64,000 nucleotides of DNA from an uncultured Chloroflexia bacterium. GTDB lineage: Bacteria; Chloroflexota; Chloroflexia; QHBQ01; JADMIH01. A model generated the notes under the pieces. The model did not search any database and was not told where the DNA came from. It worked only from the letters and a program-made list of their open reading frames with translations. The DNA lies in contig CAWCNY010000004.1 in the NCBI GenBank assembly GCA_963797095.1, forward strand, positions 96,001 to 160,000, read 5' to 3'. A program made the translations under genes and the position numbers. This document shows, piece by piece, positions 37,024 through 48,012 of the stretch (its first letter is position 1; every line of letters starts with the position of its first letter).

Positions 37024-38142
37024 CTAGTCTTCCTTGCTTGTTTGCTCCCCCCTCGGAAATCTGATTCTCAGCCAGCTAAAGAGCGCAAGCCCAAGCACCG
37101 CCGCGAAGAAACCCACAACCAGGAGCGAAGCGATACTCAAGCTCTGCGGAGCGCCGTTGTCCACCGAATAGGTGTGCATCGAGTCGATCCCGAACCACGC
37201 AGTCAGGTAGTTTACTCCCAGGAATGTAATCAGCACCACGATGAAACCTATCAGCGACAACCAGGCCATCGATAGACCGCGCACGCCGCGCTGAACCCGC
37301 ACGTGCAAATAGGCCGCGTATGTGAGCCACGTCACCAGTGCCCAGGTCTCTTTGGGGTCCCAGCTCCAGGCCTTTGTCCAGGCCTCCTGCGCCCAGATCG
37401 CGCCCGTAACCAGCACCAGCGTCATGAATGGAAAGCCCACGGCCACCGCCCTGAACATGAACTCTTCAATGGCCGCTGTCGAGGGAAGCGAATCGGCCAT
37501 GCGGCCCTTGAAGTAGGTCTTCGCGAGGAACGTGAGGCCGGCGCCGGCCGCGGTCGCGAACGAGCTATACGAGATGATAGCCATTGACACATGAATCATG
37601 AGCCAGTAGGACCGGAGCGCCGGAACCAGGGGCACAGACTCCTTCAAGCTGGCATCGATGAACCACAGCGCATAGCTTTGGAGGCAAAAGATCAGCAGTA
37701 CGATGAACGCACCCGCAGCCCTCACCCTCAGCACACCCTCGAAAAGAATCAGGTAAATAGTGGTCGTGCCCCACACCAGCATGGTTGTGATCTCATAGAG
37801 TGTCACATAGGGCGCATGTCCCGCCGCGATCCAGCGCAAGATCAGCGCCGTCGTCAGTGAAACCCATGCGAAGGCCACCAAACCGAAGCCTATCCAGCCG
37901 AGCGCGGGCGCATATTGCTTCCTCCCAAGCGACTTGTCACCCGAGCTTATGATGACATCGACTGTGCCTCCTCCCACACCGGCACCCGCCAGCGCCATGC
38001 CGCCCGCAGGCACGCGCACTGCCCGCGCCTCCCTCGTCAACAGGTGAACTGCGTAGAAAAGGAAGGCCAGCAAGTAGCAAACATAGGCCAAAGAAGTTAG
38101 GGTTGCCTCGTTAAATCCCAGCGTCTGATCTTCAAATCCCAT
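37024..38142 (-). CDS. ccsA: System II cytochrome c biogenesis protein CcsA/ResC
   Basis: PALRSYWLMIHV, GAIWAQEAW, WSWDPKETW, SMHTY. Confidence 0.93.
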   Translation of the reverse strand: MGFEDQTLGFNEATLTSLAYVCYLLAFLFYAVHLLTREARAVRVPAGGMALAGAGVGGGTVDVIISSGDKSLGRKQYAPALGWIGFGLVAFAWVSLTTALILRWIAAGHAPYVTLYEITTMLVWGTTTIYLILFEGVLRVRAAGAFIVLLIFCLQSYALWFIDASLKESVPLVPALRSYWLMIHVSMAIISYSSFATAAGAGLTFLAKTYFKGRMADSLPSTAAIEEFMFRAVAVGFPFMTLVLVTGAIWAQEAWTKAWSWDPKETWALVTWLTYAAYLHVRVQRGVRGLSMAWLSLIGFIVVLITFLGVNYLTAWFGIDSMHTYSVDNGAPQSLSIASLLVVGFFAAVLGLALFSWLRIRFPRGEQTSKED

Positions 38143-38174
38143 AATCTACCTCCTGAGCCTGGTCTTAATCAATA

Positions 38175-39731
38175 TCAAGTCTCACGCGCCAGCGCTTCCT
38201 TGATCCTCAAAGCTAGCTTCTCGAAATCTCGCTCGAACGCCACTTTGTTCTTCTCTGCAAGCCCGCCAACAGCTATATTGATGGTGCCCGCCCCGTTTGG
38301 GTCCGGAGATATCTTGGCCCAACACCTGGTAAACGTAGTATAGAGTGATATTGTAAAGCCCAGCGCCATGATTGCAAAGAAGAGGCCCACGTAGCCCAAA
38401 CCTGGGTCCTGAGCCACTTCTAAGATTGTTGCGGTACCCTGCCGGAAGTCGAATCTGTACTGCTCAAAGCCGGGCAGCATCAGCGGCCCCGTGCGCGGGA
38501 GGAAGGCGTCATAGATCGGCGTGCCAAACTCCTGATCGACATAGGCTTTGGCATAAGCAGGGGGATTCTCGCCCGGCCCTCGGGCCACATTGTCGTAATA
38601 TGTAAGCTCTAGAGTTAGGGTGTGGTCGGGCCCGCGAAACTGCACGTAGTCAAGCGGCAGGTTGTCGCTGCTTGTGAACTCGAAATCAAGCATCGATTCT
38701 CCGCTTGCCGTGGTGTCTGTTACGGGCCCGCTCGCCCCCATTTTGTTTAGGGGAAGAGGCGCTCCGGTCGCGTCTTCCCCTCGCACGTAAAGAACAGGCA
38801 TATAGCTGACCAGGAAGAAGTTGATGCCTTTGTACTTCAGCGGGTCGTTGACAATTATGGTCTTGGTGAGGACCTGGGTTCCACCTTCAAATACCGCTAG
38901 AGTGTTCTTGTACTCCTGGATCGATTGGGTGCCCGGATAGTAATCGATCTGCCAGCCTATGTTTGCCACGCTGAAATCAGTGTCGTGTCCTACGTTGACC
39001 GGTACGCCGGGGTTGAATAGCAGCGACGGCTCGCGCCAACCGAAATGAGTTATGAAGGCCGCCGTGAGGATCAGCATGACGAGCGCGGCGTGGCTTACAA
39101 ATGTCACCAGCTTGGACCAGCGGTCCCGGTCGCCATATAGAAAGAGGGTCGAGCCGTCCGCCGATTGCTCGGTTATAACGCGATACCTGCCCTTACGAAG
39201 GGCACTCTTCAGCGCCTGCTCGGCACGCTCCTGCGGCACGGGTACGGAACGGAACTGGGCACGCTCGGTGAGTCCGGCGAGGAAACCATCGCTAGCTTTC
39301 ACCATCGGCTTGCCGATCAGCCTCATGGTCGGCTGCCACCTGTTAAGCGTGCAAATGACGATCCCGAACACCACCAGCACCACCAGCATCCGGAAAGGGA
39401 GCGAATTGTAAATGTCGAAGAAGCCTGCCCAGTGCATGATCCCGGTCAGGTCTCCGTACCGCCCCCTGGCCTCATCCAGAAACTGGTTGAGCGCCTCCGT
39501 GGAATCCTGCGTGCCCGGTTGAACCTGCGGGATTATCGTGCCAAGCATTGCAACAAATGCGAGGGCCACATTCAGAACCACCGCGAACTTGACAGAGCAA
39601 AAGATCACCCACACGGCCTCGATCAGGTCGCGCTGGGGACGCTTTCGCGCATCGTCCGCGACCTGTGGCGCGGCGATGCTTCTAGCCGGTGGGTTGGCTC
39701 CCTTTCGTGCGGGCGCAACTCGTTGTGCCAT
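38175..39731 (-). CDS. resB: System II cytochrome c biogenesis protein ResB
   Basis: GTIIPQ, DIYNS, CTLNR, conserved TM His (SHAAL), VNDPL, DPG; adjacent to ccsA. Confidence 0.9.
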   Translation of the reverse strand: MAQRVAPARKGANPPARSIAAPQVADDARKRPQRDLIEAVWVIFCSVKFAVVLNVALAFVAMLGTIIPQVQPGTQDSTEALNQFLDEARGRYGDLTGIMHWAGFFDIYNSLPFRMLVVLVVFGIVICTLNRWQPTMRLIGKPMVKASDGFLAGLTERAQFRSVPVPQERAEQALKSALRKGRYRVITEQSADGSTLFLYGDRDRWSKLVTFVSHAALVMLILTAAFITHFGWREPSLLFNPGVPVNVGHDTDFSVANIGWQIDYYPGTQSIQEYKNTLAVFEGGTQVLTKTIIVNDPLKYKGINFFLVSYMPVLYVRGEDATGAPLPLNKMGASGPVTDTTASGESMLDFEFTSSDNLPLDYVQFRGPDHTLTLELTYYDNVARGPGENPPAYAKAYVDQEFGTPIYDAFLPRTGPLMLPGFEQYRFDFRQGTATILEVAQDPGLGYVGLFFAIMALGFTISLYTTFTRCWAKISPDPNGAGTINIAVGGLAEKNKVAFERDFEKLALRIKEALARET

Positions 39732-39893
39732 ACCGGGTCCTTTTGCTACTCACACTGATAGCCCGTGACGTCGCTCACAGGCCGCCCTGCGATCTTACCA
39801 TCAGCATCATTACCGATCAAGACGGCTATCATGAAAATTGCCTTAATTCACCTTACGTCGTAAAACGGGCGTCACTCCCTGCCACAGCAAGAC

Positions 39894-41285
39894 TCACTTG
39901 CGGCGCACTGGCGTCGGTGTCCGGGTGGCCTTCGGCTCGGAGGTCGGCGTGGGCGCATCAAACCCGAGGAATTGATCCAGCATGGGTTGTGCCGCGTCCC
40001 AATCGAGCTTCAAACCCTCGCTTCCGTCGGGCAGGTAGGTACCCGTTACCAACGCCCCATCAATGGATGATGTAATTATGGAGGAGGCCGACAGTTCGAA
40101 CCCCAGTTGTGCAAGCCCTAGTTGCTGATCCCATGTAATATTGGTTTCCACCATGCCGCCCAGTTGCCCAAGAATCGAGGGAGCAGAAGGAAGCATTTCG
40201 AGCGACAGCGCCTTCTGGCGTATCGCCATTATTACCTGCAATTGCCGCTTGCTGCGGGCGAAGTCGTTGTCGGCGTGCCTGGTGCGCGCATATCTTAGCG
40301 CAGTCTTACCGTCCATGTGCTGCCAGCCCTCATCGAAGTGCAGGTGCAGCGTGCCATAGGGATCGCCTTCGTCGTCCGATGGGTAATCGTAGTCGTCCAT
40401 CGTGTAAGGCACATCCACGTCGATCCCGCCTACGGTGTCAACGATCGTGCGGAATCCTTCGAAATTGAGCGTCACATAGTAGTCAATCGGCACGTTGAAA
40501 AACTTGCTCAACGTTCGCAGCGAGAGTGCAGGCCCGCCACCCGGTTCCTTGTAATACTCGCCAAACAGATAGGCAGCGTTGACCTTGTTCGAGCCATACC
40601 CGGGAATGTCAACTACCAGGTCGCGAGGCACCGACATAAGCCGCACCGTCCGTGAGATCACGTCCACGTTTACCAGCACAATTGAGTCGCTTCTAGCATA
40701 ATGATCTGTGTCTTGGGGACGTTTGTCAGTGCCCATGACCAGTATATTGAACCGGCCCGCAGGCAATTCCCTGACATGGTCGGGTGTCGGAGATGGCCTC
40801 GTAGTGGGCGTTGGCTGACCGGGCAATGCGGTCGGTGGTGGCGGAAGCACTTCCACAACCGCCGTAGGAGTCGGGGGAAGGGGTACAAATATCTGGTTTT
40901 GTAATTTGACCACGAGGAAAACCGCATAGGCCCCGACGACGAGAGCGATTAGCGTCAGAAGACCAAGTGTCCAGCGCGCAACCCGCCCCGCAGTCCAGGG
41001 CTTACGCACGCGAGTGCTCGCATCATTTGCGGGTCGCCCTGCTTCAGCCAACCCACCCACTGCCACTGGCAGCGTGGCTTCGCCCCCCGTCATAGCGAGA
41101 GCGCTTCCACCGGCCTGCGCAAGAGACTCGTGTGCAACCTCGCTCACCTGAGAGGGCGCAATTGCTCGCGCACCTTCGGCTGCGGGCACCTTCGTCGTTT
41201 TGCTTTTGCGCCTTGGTTGGCTATTCGCGGTTTGCCCGACATAGCGGACCTTCTGCGCGTTTTTTTGCCTGCGCTTCTGTGGCAT
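39894..41285 (-). CDS. LytR-CpsA-Psr (LCP) family protein
   Basis: NILVMGTD, RSDSI, SVPRD, KVNAAY, VGGIDV, YARTR, DFARSKRQ. Confidence 0.93.
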   Translation of the reverse strand: MPQKRRQKNAQKVRYVGQTANSQPRRKSKTTKVPAAEGARAIAPSQVSEVAHESLAQAGGSALAMTGGEATLPVAVGGLAEAGRPANDASTRVRKPWTAGRVARWTLGLLTLIALVVGAYAVFLVVKLQNQIFVPLPPTPTAVVEVLPPPPTALPGQPTPTTRPSPTPDHVRELPAGRFNILVMGTDKRPQDTDHYARSDSIVLVNVDVISRTVRLMSVPRDLVVDIPGYGSNKVNAAYLFGEYYKEPGGGPALSLRTLSKFFNVPIDYYVTLNFEGFRTIVDTVGGIDVDVPYTMDDYDYPSDDEGDPYGTLHLHFDEGWQHMDGKTALRYARTRHADNDFARSKRQLQVIMAIRQKALSLEMLPSAPSILGQLGGMVETNITWDQQLGLAQLGFELSASSIITSSIDGALVTGTYLPDGSEGLKLDWDAAQPMLDQFLGFDAPTPTSEPKATRTPTPVRRK

Positions 41286-41410
41286 GCTGATTACTATACA
41301 GGAAATCGGCCCACACGCTCAAGGTGTGGGATATGGGGGAATGGGACTCGGGTTACACACGGGCGTGGTGCAAGCCCGCGCTTCGCCGTGGCGATGGTGC
41401 TCGGGCAGGG

Positions 41411-43999
41411 CTATCCCCGCCTGAAGATGCGGCGCATCTGCCGAGCAGGCATACTTCTAAGAAGCTTGACCCGCAATCTATCGTAGGCTGTGCCCACGGT
41501 CTTCCGCTCGGACGTATCAAGGCGGTCTCTACCAAATCGCTCGCGCACGTAAGCCCGGGCAATTGTCCGCGCGAACAGCGACGTGCCAGGAACCTCGCGA
41601 GATAGCGACTCGCTAAACTCATACGGAGTTTGATGGGGCGCAGGCCCTGCCCGCAGCAACCTGGACCAGAACAGCATCCGATAGTAGTAGAAGCGCGCGG
41701 TGCCCGGCCTCCTGCGGCGTCCCAACGGTGATTGAGGGAGGAATAGGAATAGTCCCACTCCCAGCATCACCGCCACGGCGGCCACCCATGCCCACGGATT
41801 TCCGGTTAAGTCGACGCCACCGGTGGTCGTGTCTGTCGCACTTGGTGGCACCACTCCTGGGTCATGGTCCCTATCCTGGAGGGGCGTTGGCGTCATCGCC
41901 GGTCCGGAATCCTTAGTCGGGGCTGGCGTCGGCTCCTGAGCGGTCAGGCCCGGCACGATAACAGCTTGCGACGGCGTAGGCTCGAACTCGATCCAGCCGT
42001 AAGAAGGGAAATACACCTCAGGCCACGAATGGGCAGAGGACTCGCGTATCGTGTAAATGCCCGTATTCGGGTCGAATTCACCCGGCGCGTAGCCTCCGGC
42101 CAGTCGAGCGGGCACGCCAACTTCCCTGAGCATGATCACCATCGCGCTTGCGTAATACTCGCAATACCCTTCTTTCGCATCGAAGAGGAACCAGCTAACG
42201 CGGTCGGTTCCGTTTGGAGGTGGGGTAATGTTGGTGCTGTATGTGTAGTTTGTACGCAGATAGGTCTCGATAGCTTTCGCCTTATCGTAAGCTGTCGAAG
42301 CACCGGCCTCCTGCACTATTCTCTCGGCCAGGTTTTGCACGCGCTTTGGAACCACAGCCGGTATGGACATGTAGCGGTCCACAAGCCAGTCTGGATAGTT
42401 CGGCCTGTCAGCCCGCAACTCCGCTTCAGTCGCGTCGGACACCATCGACACAGCGCTGTACTCATCACTGGGTTGCAACTGCTCCGGGCCCTGATCTCCC
42501 TTGGCTTGCACGCTCGACAGGTCTTCATACACAGAGACTTCGCCGCTGGCCCTGAGCTCAAGAATGTAATCAGGAGCGGGTGTAAGGTCGAGGGTAACAT
42601 CAATCCCGCGATCATCCTTGAGCGCCTTGATGTCGTCCACTATCTGCGGGCCTTGCGCCGTCGCGTACAAGCAATCAAGAGGCTCTTCCGATGTACAAGG
42701 CACGCGGCCCGCCTTCAGATCTCTTTGAGCCTGTTGTAGCAACCCCATAAAGTTCTTATCTTGCAACTCCAGCGGCACGCTGCTCATAGTTTCATTGGTA
42801 AGCTCTCCAACATCTATTGGCGCGCTGCTGATCGGCTGCCAGGAAAACTCCAGGAAGGTCGGCACCGAGAACTCCACCGGGCGAGAAGCAGCGAACATCA
42901 AAGCGCCTTTTGGATTCACAATTGTGACCGTGTAGGTGATGGGATGTCGCGAGTCATCGTGCTGGGGCAATCGCCTATCGGCGTCGAGGGTCAGCAGCGG
43001 GTTCATCTTCTCTATATGAAAAGTGTCCTCCGCCGTGCTGGTCCAGCCGGTGCCGGTGTACTCATCGTAGGTTCGCACCCGCCAGTAGTGGCGCTCACTG
43101 GATTGCACAAGCATAGCCACATTGTCGCTCAGATTGAGCGACCCGCCCATAACGAAGGACTCGTTGAACGACGAATAGCCGCCCCCGGAGGCGATGCCGT
43201 TGCCGTTCACCGAAGCCCAGCGCTGCGACATCCAATCCTGGAAATCCACCCAGGGCTTATTGACCTTCTCCCACAATGAGTTGAGCGTGCTATTGACCGC
43301 CGTAGCGGGCACGTACCACATAAGGAGAGCCACAGCGATGGATAGGGCGCTGCCGGCCCACAGGAACGCCCACGTGAGGTGTGGCGAGTAGTTCACGCGT
43401 TCCCGCTGCCACCGCTCTTCTTTCATCAGCAAGTTGAAACGGATCATCAGCAGCAGGGCACTGAACATGAAAATAATAATGTAGCCGTTCAGGTTGACCA
43501 ATGAATAAGAAAGATTGATCAAGAGGGCCACGCCATTCGGCACGAGTGCCCACCACAACTGCCTTGAGCGGAAAACAAAATAGGCGCTGCTATAGGCGAG
43601 CACCCAGCACACCACAGCCAGTGACAGTATAAACACCACCACATCGTCGCTCATATCCTGGCGCACAGCCACGTCGAGCCACACTGAAGTGCGCACCAGC
43701 AGGTCCTGAACGCGATCCTGGATCGTGTGAAAGCGAGGATCGTGCATGACACTTGCCACGGCGATCAGGATCGTATTTACCCCTATCATCAGGCCAACGA
43801 GGTCCAGTAGGAAGCGCGGCACGCCACGCACTTTGGCGAGCACTATGCCCGTGGTCATGCCGATCAGGGTAATTGGAGTCAGAATCGAAAGCCCGTCCGA
43901 CCACTGCGCCTGCTGTATTGACAGCGTTACGCTGAACAACAGCATTGCCAGCAGGCCGACGGTGAGCCAACCCTCTTGGAGCCGAAGGAATTTAATCAT
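41411..43999 (-). CDS. Membrane transglutaminase-like protein (TgpA type)
   Basis: TM bundle, YWR, GYCEYYASAM, HSWPEVYF, WIEFEPTP, TPYEF. Confidence 0.9.
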   Translation of the reverse strand: MIKFLRLQEGWLTVGLLAMLLFSVTLSIQQAQWSDGLSILTPITLIGMTTGIVLAKVRGVPRFLLDLVGLMIGVNTILIAVASVMHDPRFHTIQDRVQDLLVRTSVWLDVAVRQDMSDDVVVFILSLAVVCWVLAYSSAYFVFRSRQLWWALVPNGVALLINLSYSLVNLNGYIIIFMFSALLLMIRFNLLMKEERWQRERVNYSPHLTWAFLWAGSALSIAVALLMWYVPATAVNSTLNSLWEKVNKPWVDFQDWMSQRWASVNGNGIASGGGYSSFNESFVMGGSLNLSDNVAMLVQSSERHYWRVRTYDEYTGTGWTSTAEDTFHIEKMNPLLTLDADRRLPQHDDSRHPITYTVTIVNPKGALMFAASRPVEFSVPTFLEFSWQPISSAPIDVGELTNETMSSVPLELQDKNFMGLLQQAQRDLKAGRVPCTSEEPLDCLYATAQGPQIVDDIKALKDDRGIDVTLDLTPAPDYILELRASGEVSVYEDLSSVQAKGDQGPEQLQPSDEYSAVSMVSDATEAELRADRPNYPDWLVDRYMSIPAVVPKRVQNLAERIVQEAGASTAYDKAKAIETYLRTNYTYSTNITPPPNGTDRVSWFLFDAKEGYCEYYASAMVIMLREVGVPARLAGGYAPGEFDPNTGIYTIRESSAHSWPEVYFPSYGWIEFEPTPSQAVIVPGLTAQEPTPAPTKDSGPAMTPTPLQDRDHDPGVVPPSATDTTTGGVDLTGNPWAWVAAVAVMLGVGLFLFLPQSPLGRRRRPGTARFYYYRMLFWSRLLRAGPAPHQTPYEFSESLSREVPGTSLFARTIARAYVRERFGRDRLDTSERKTVGTAYDRLRVKLLRSMPARQMRRIFRRG

Positions 44000-44116
44000 T
44001 GCTTGTAAATGAGTACGTTGGGGAGTTACCGCGCCACGGTCGATCGACCCGTTACTATATACACTCCGATTATACCTGAATAGTTCCGAACGGCACAACG
44101 CCCGATCAGACTATAT

Positions 44117-45469
44117 CTAGCGGAGGTTTCGGACGGCAGGCCCGGCGAATTGCTGTCGCAACGCCGCGTCGATAGCATCGTCGCGCTTCACGAGATAGCT
44201 CGGCACGTTCAGCGCCGACAGTGCGCTCACAGTCAACAACGGGTTGCCTCCGCCGCCGAATGTTCCCGGCTCGACCAGCACAGCAGCAGCGCTGGCGATC
44301 CTGAATAACTGCGCCTGTAGAGCCTGTACCCACTCCTCGGCAAGCGATGGCGTGACGATTACGAGCGTGTCCTGTCTCCCGAATAGTCGTTGCTCAGCGA
44401 CCAGCACTTCCCCAAGCGACATATTGCCTTCGGCCCTCAGCACCGCCAGCGCCCGCAGTATCTTGGTTAGCTGGCGGCCCCCCCTGTCTGCGGGAAGAGT
44501 TACTCTATGTTGGCCCCAGGCTATCATCCCCACCGACTTACCTTCGGCGAGAAAGTACGCTGCCAGCGACGCTGCCACCGCCACCGAGTACTCCTCGGTG
44601 GTCGGATCGAGCTGTATTGGCCCACCCGCCGGCAATTGCGCCTCCCTTCCCTGCCTTGAAACGTCTCTGGTCAATCCCGGCATCCAACCAACTCGCTGGC
44701 GCGTCTCAGGCTCGTCGTCTCGGAGCGACCTGTCAGTCGCCGATACATGCACATTGGCCTGCAAGTCCACCACCAGCCACAGGTCGGCGGTGGGGTCAAG
44801 CTCGAATTCCTTTACCATCAACTTTTGGGCGCGGGCGCTGACCGGCCAGTGGATGCGGCTCATCGAGTCGCCCGGCAAGTAGTCACGAATTCCGGCTGCG
44901 TTCGGCGTCGAGTGGAAAGCGCGACGCTCGGTGCGCGCCCCTCCCGGCAGCTCGCCGAACGGCAGCCCGAAGTGTTGCAAAGGCACAATCGCCGGGTAAA
45001 CCAGTAGCTCAGCCGAAGTATCGAACACGCGCCCCATCATATAGAGGCCGAAGGGGTCTCCCGTAAGTATAGCTGTCGGGCCGAGCCTGTATAGTCCCCT
45101 GTGGATGCATAGTGTGCGGACACGCCAGCGCTTTGCCGAGTGTCCTTTGAGCGTGATAACAGCACCCACGTGGTGCCCCGGCAGCGTTGACCTATCGCGA
45201 ACCTCAAGCCACAGCTTGCGCAGCCACGACAAGTTGTCAATCTCGATGGTCTCCTGCACGGTAGCGCCCACTTGCGCCTGGGCAGGCTCGACGGTGCGCC
45301 GCACACGCAAGCCTCGCTTGCCGAAATGCGCCCACAGAAACGCAACCACCAGCACCGCCGCGAGCACATAAGCAAGGTAGTACAGCAACCGCAATCCTAC
45401 GGTCAAGGCTACCACATATATCGCGACCGTGAAGATCGCAAGCCGTATTGCGTTTGAATAATCCGACAC
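44117..45469 (-). CDS. DUF58 protein
   Basis: DPFG, LLVYP, IRDYLPGD..SRIHW, LMVKEFE. Confidence 0.92.
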   Translation of the reverse strand: MSDYSNAIRLAIFTVAIYVVALTVGLRLLYYLAYVLAAVLVVAFLWAHFGKRGLRVRRTVEPAQAQVGATVQETIEIDNLSWLRKLWLEVRDRSTLPGHHVGAVITLKGHSAKRWRVRTLCIHRGLYRLGPTAILTGDPFGLYMMGRVFDTSAELLVYPAIVPLQHFGLPFGELPGGARTERRAFHSTPNAAGIRDYLPGDSMSRIHWPVSARAQKLMVKEFELDPTADLWLVVDLQANVHVSATDRSLRDDEPETRQRVGWMPGLTRDVSRQGREAQLPAGGPIQLDPTTEEYSVAVAASLAAYFLAEGKSVGMIAWGQHRVTLPADRGGRQLTKILRALAVLRAEGNMSLGEVLVAEQRLFGRQDTLVIVTPSLAEEWVQALQAQLFRIASAAAVLVEPGTFGGGGNPLLTVSALSALNVPSYLVKRDDAIDAALRQQFAGPAVRNLR

Positions 45470-45492
45470 AGAATACCCCTTAGCAGGTTACA

Positions 45493-46536
45493 CTATTGCG
45501 TTTGTCTGTTGCCGACAGGCAAGGTGCCTGGGACCGGCGTATTTCTCAAGATTTCAGCGATCACCGAGCGCGGGTCGGAGTTCCTTATCCGAGCCGCCGG
45601 GTTGAGGATCAACCTGTGGGCCAGCGTTGCCTCTGCCAGGGCCTTGATATCGTCGGGGATAACATAGTCTCTGCCCATGATGGCGGCGCGCGCCTGCGCT
45701 GAAGATTGCAGCGCAAGCGACCCACGCGGGCTTGCTCCCAGGTAGATGTCTTCATGCCTTCTCGTGGCCGACACCAGGGCGACAATATACTCCTTGATAA
45801 GCCTGTCGACGTGCACACTCTTGATCGCTTGCTGGGCCGCCAGCAGCTCGTTCGACTCTACCACCTGCTTCAACTGAGTCAAGGGGTGAACCTGCTCCTG
45901 CCTGTTAAGGACTTCGATCTCCTCGGTGCGGCTGGGATAACCGAGCGTGATGCGGATCAGGAAGCGGTCAAGTTGGGCTTCGGGCAGCGGGAAAGTCCCT
46001 TCATACTCTATCGGGTTCTGAGTCGCCAGCACGATGAACGGCCTGGGGAGCGCATAAGTCACTCCATCCACCGTCACCTGCTTCTCCTCCATTGTTTCCA
46101 GCAGAGCAGACTGGGTCTTGGGAGTGGCGCGGTTGATCTCATCAGCAAGTACAATCTGCGCCATTACGGGGCCTGGCCGGTACTCGAACTCACCGTTTTT
46201 CTGATTGTAGATCGATACGCCGGTCACGTCTGTGGGAAGGAGATCAGGCGTAAACTGAATACGCTTGAACGTGCACCCCAGCGAGCGGGCCACGGCCTTT
46301 GCAAGCATCGTCTTGCCAACCCCAGGCACATCTTCCAGCAACACATGCCCCTGGCAGAGCAGCGCTATCAACGCAGACTGCACCTCCAGGTGTTTGCCCA
46401 CGATCACATGCTCGACGTTCTCGGCCAGCCGCTCGGCAAGCCCCCTTACATCCACTACCTGCACCATATCCGGTGCCTGCATCGTATCTGCACCGGCATG
46501 CTGGTCGCCGGTGCCCTTTATTGCATTGTCAGACAT
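45493..46536 (-). CDS. moxR: MoxR-family AAA+ ATPase
   Basis: [51 protein letters not shown]. Confidence 0.95.
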   Translation of the reverse strand: MSDNAIKGTGDQHAGADTMQAPDMVQVVDVRGLAERLAENVEHVIVGKHLEVQSALIALLCQGHVLLEDVPGVGKTMLAKAVARSLGCTFKRIQFTPDLLPTDVTGVSIYNQKNGEFEYRPGPVMAQIVLADEINRATPKTQSALLETMEEKQVTVDGVTYALPRPFIVLATQNPIEYEGTFPLPEAQLDRFLIRITLGYPSRTEEIEVLNRQEQVHPLTQLKQVVESNELLAAQQAIKSVHVDRLIKEYIVALVSATRRHEDIYLGASPRGSLALQSSAQARAAIMGRDYVIPDDIKALAEATLAHRLILNPAARIRNSDPRSVIAEILRNTPVPGTLPVGNRQTQ

Positions 46537-46590
46537 CAATTCCCCTTATGTGTGATCAGCTCGGTTCAGCGTTACTCAATCATTATAGCG

Positions 46591-46627
46591 AAATAAAGAG
46601 GGAACCGCACCATCCGGACGGTTCCCT
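46591..46627 (-). terminator. Terminator after the ECF operon
   Basis: Minus strand agggaaccg...cggttccct then ctttattt. Confidence 0.65.
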
Positions 46628-46657
46628 TCAACAGTTGCAGTTTCGCGTGTGGCCGGT

Positions 46658-47026
46658 TTATCTCACAGGGAAGGCTACATCGGTCAGCCTGTAGAAACTA
46701 TGCCGCCTGGCGTCTGACGGTGCGTCATACTGTTCCGCAGATGACGAATCCTGCGGGAGAGGCATTTCTGTGCCAATGTTCGCCGGTTCTTCAACCGCCA
46801 TCGACCCGAAAGGCCCACGCACGCGCTCGCTAAGTCGCTGCCAGACCGCTTTGGGGTCGTGCTGTAGCCATGGGGTGCCATGCATTGCATGCTTGACCAG
46901 CACGTCGATAGCGCGATCTTCTTCGTCCATTTCATCCTCAACTTCCAACATGGCCTCACCGGGCGGCAAATCGCCCGCCAGATCCTCACCGAGGCTCTCT
47001 GCCAGGTCCCTAATACGACGGATCAT
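46658..47026 (-). CDS. Small acidic soluble protein, possible anti-sigma factor
   Basis: SD GGAGG, overlaps sigma gene end; 'P..VWQRL..RV' helix. Confidence 0.55.
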   Translation of the reverse strand: MIRRIRDLAESLGEDLAGDLPPGEAMLEVEDEMDEEDRAIDVLVKHAMHGTPWLQHDPKAVWQRLSERVRGPFGSMAVEEPANIGTEMPLPQDSSSAEQYDAPSDARRHSFYRLTDVAFPVR

Positions 47027-47756
47027 AAGCGGCCTCCAGAGGCATCCTCTGCCCTGTCTCCAGCGTAGATCGCAGAGCTTTGCGTGCATGATGCAGCCGC
47101 GACTTGACGGTACCGACCGGCAGATCGAGGATATAGGCGATCTCCGGCAGCGAGAAGTCTTGCAAGTAATGCAGCGTGATTACCAACCTGTGTTTCAGGG
47201 GAAGAGCGTTTATGGCGGCTCTCATGGTCCCCTGAAGCTCTGCACGCTCGGCGTGTGCTTCGGGCGATTGGTGTGGGTCTGTGGCGAAGTTGCCCTCGGC
47301 AACGTCGTCAAGCGGTTCGGTATGCATCCGGCGCTTCTTGATAGCGTTGCAGCTAAGGTTGACCGCTACCCTGTGCAACCAGGGGCTGAGCGAGCCATCT
47401 CCGGTGATATTCATGATGTTCAGGTATGTTTTGTAGAAGCAGTCCTGCAACACTTCTTCGGCGGCTCCAGGATCTCGCGTGATGGCGAGAGCAGTCCGGA
47501 AGATATGGCCCTGGTACTTGAAGAAAAGCGACTCGAACGCGGCCATGTCGCCGCGCTGGATCTTGTGCACAAGATCGGTATCTGGGTGGGCGGGCGCGGC
47601 AACCGCGCCGGGCATATTAAGCAGAGGTTCCAACTTGATCTCCTCTAGCAGTGAGAAATAGTCATCCGGAGGACTATCGGCATCCTGGCCCGCGTCGCCT
47701 CGCCCCTCGATCCGATCCTGTAAGCGTTTTGCAATGATCTGGAAATCTATCTCCAT
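47010..47756 (-). CDS. ECF sigma factor with N-terminal extension
   Basis: GDMAAFESL, AEEVLQDCF, PWLHRVAVN, LPEIA..LDLPVGTVKSRLHHAR. Confidence 0.92.
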   Translation of the reverse strand: MEIDFQIIAKRLQDRIEGRGDAGQDADSPPDDYFSLLEEIKLEPLLNMPGAVAAPAHPDTDLVHKIQRGDMAAFESLFFKYQGHIFRTALAITRDPGAAEEVLQDCFYKTYLNIMNITGDGSLSPWLHRVAVNLSCNAIKKRRMHTEPLDDVAEGNFATDPHQSPEAHAERAELQGTMRAAINALPLKHRLVITLHYLQDFSLPEIAYILDLPVGTVKSRLHHARKALRSTLETGQRMPLEAAYDPSY

Positions 47757-48012
47757 CGAGGACACCTGCCAAGTACAGCCTGAATAATTACACAACTCAA
47801 CCGGCGGCTTGGTTCAAACTGGAGCAGCGATCCGCCGGGTCAACGTGGGTGCTCGGAAACTACCTCACTGGTAAGCCTGCTTGTTATCATTAACGTACAT
47901 GACGCAAGCAAGTTACGCAAGTGGTGGGCGCTGGGATGGTTTCCTGTGCGTTATTATACCGCACCTGTCAAGATTGACGTGTACAGAGGGTGATTGCTGC
48001 TTCCAGTACAGG

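Noticed and set aside
41411-46536. MoxR-DUF58-transglutaminase triad and the Gld-like ABC operon as novel systems
   Set aside because: Both are widespread, well-known gene arrangements.
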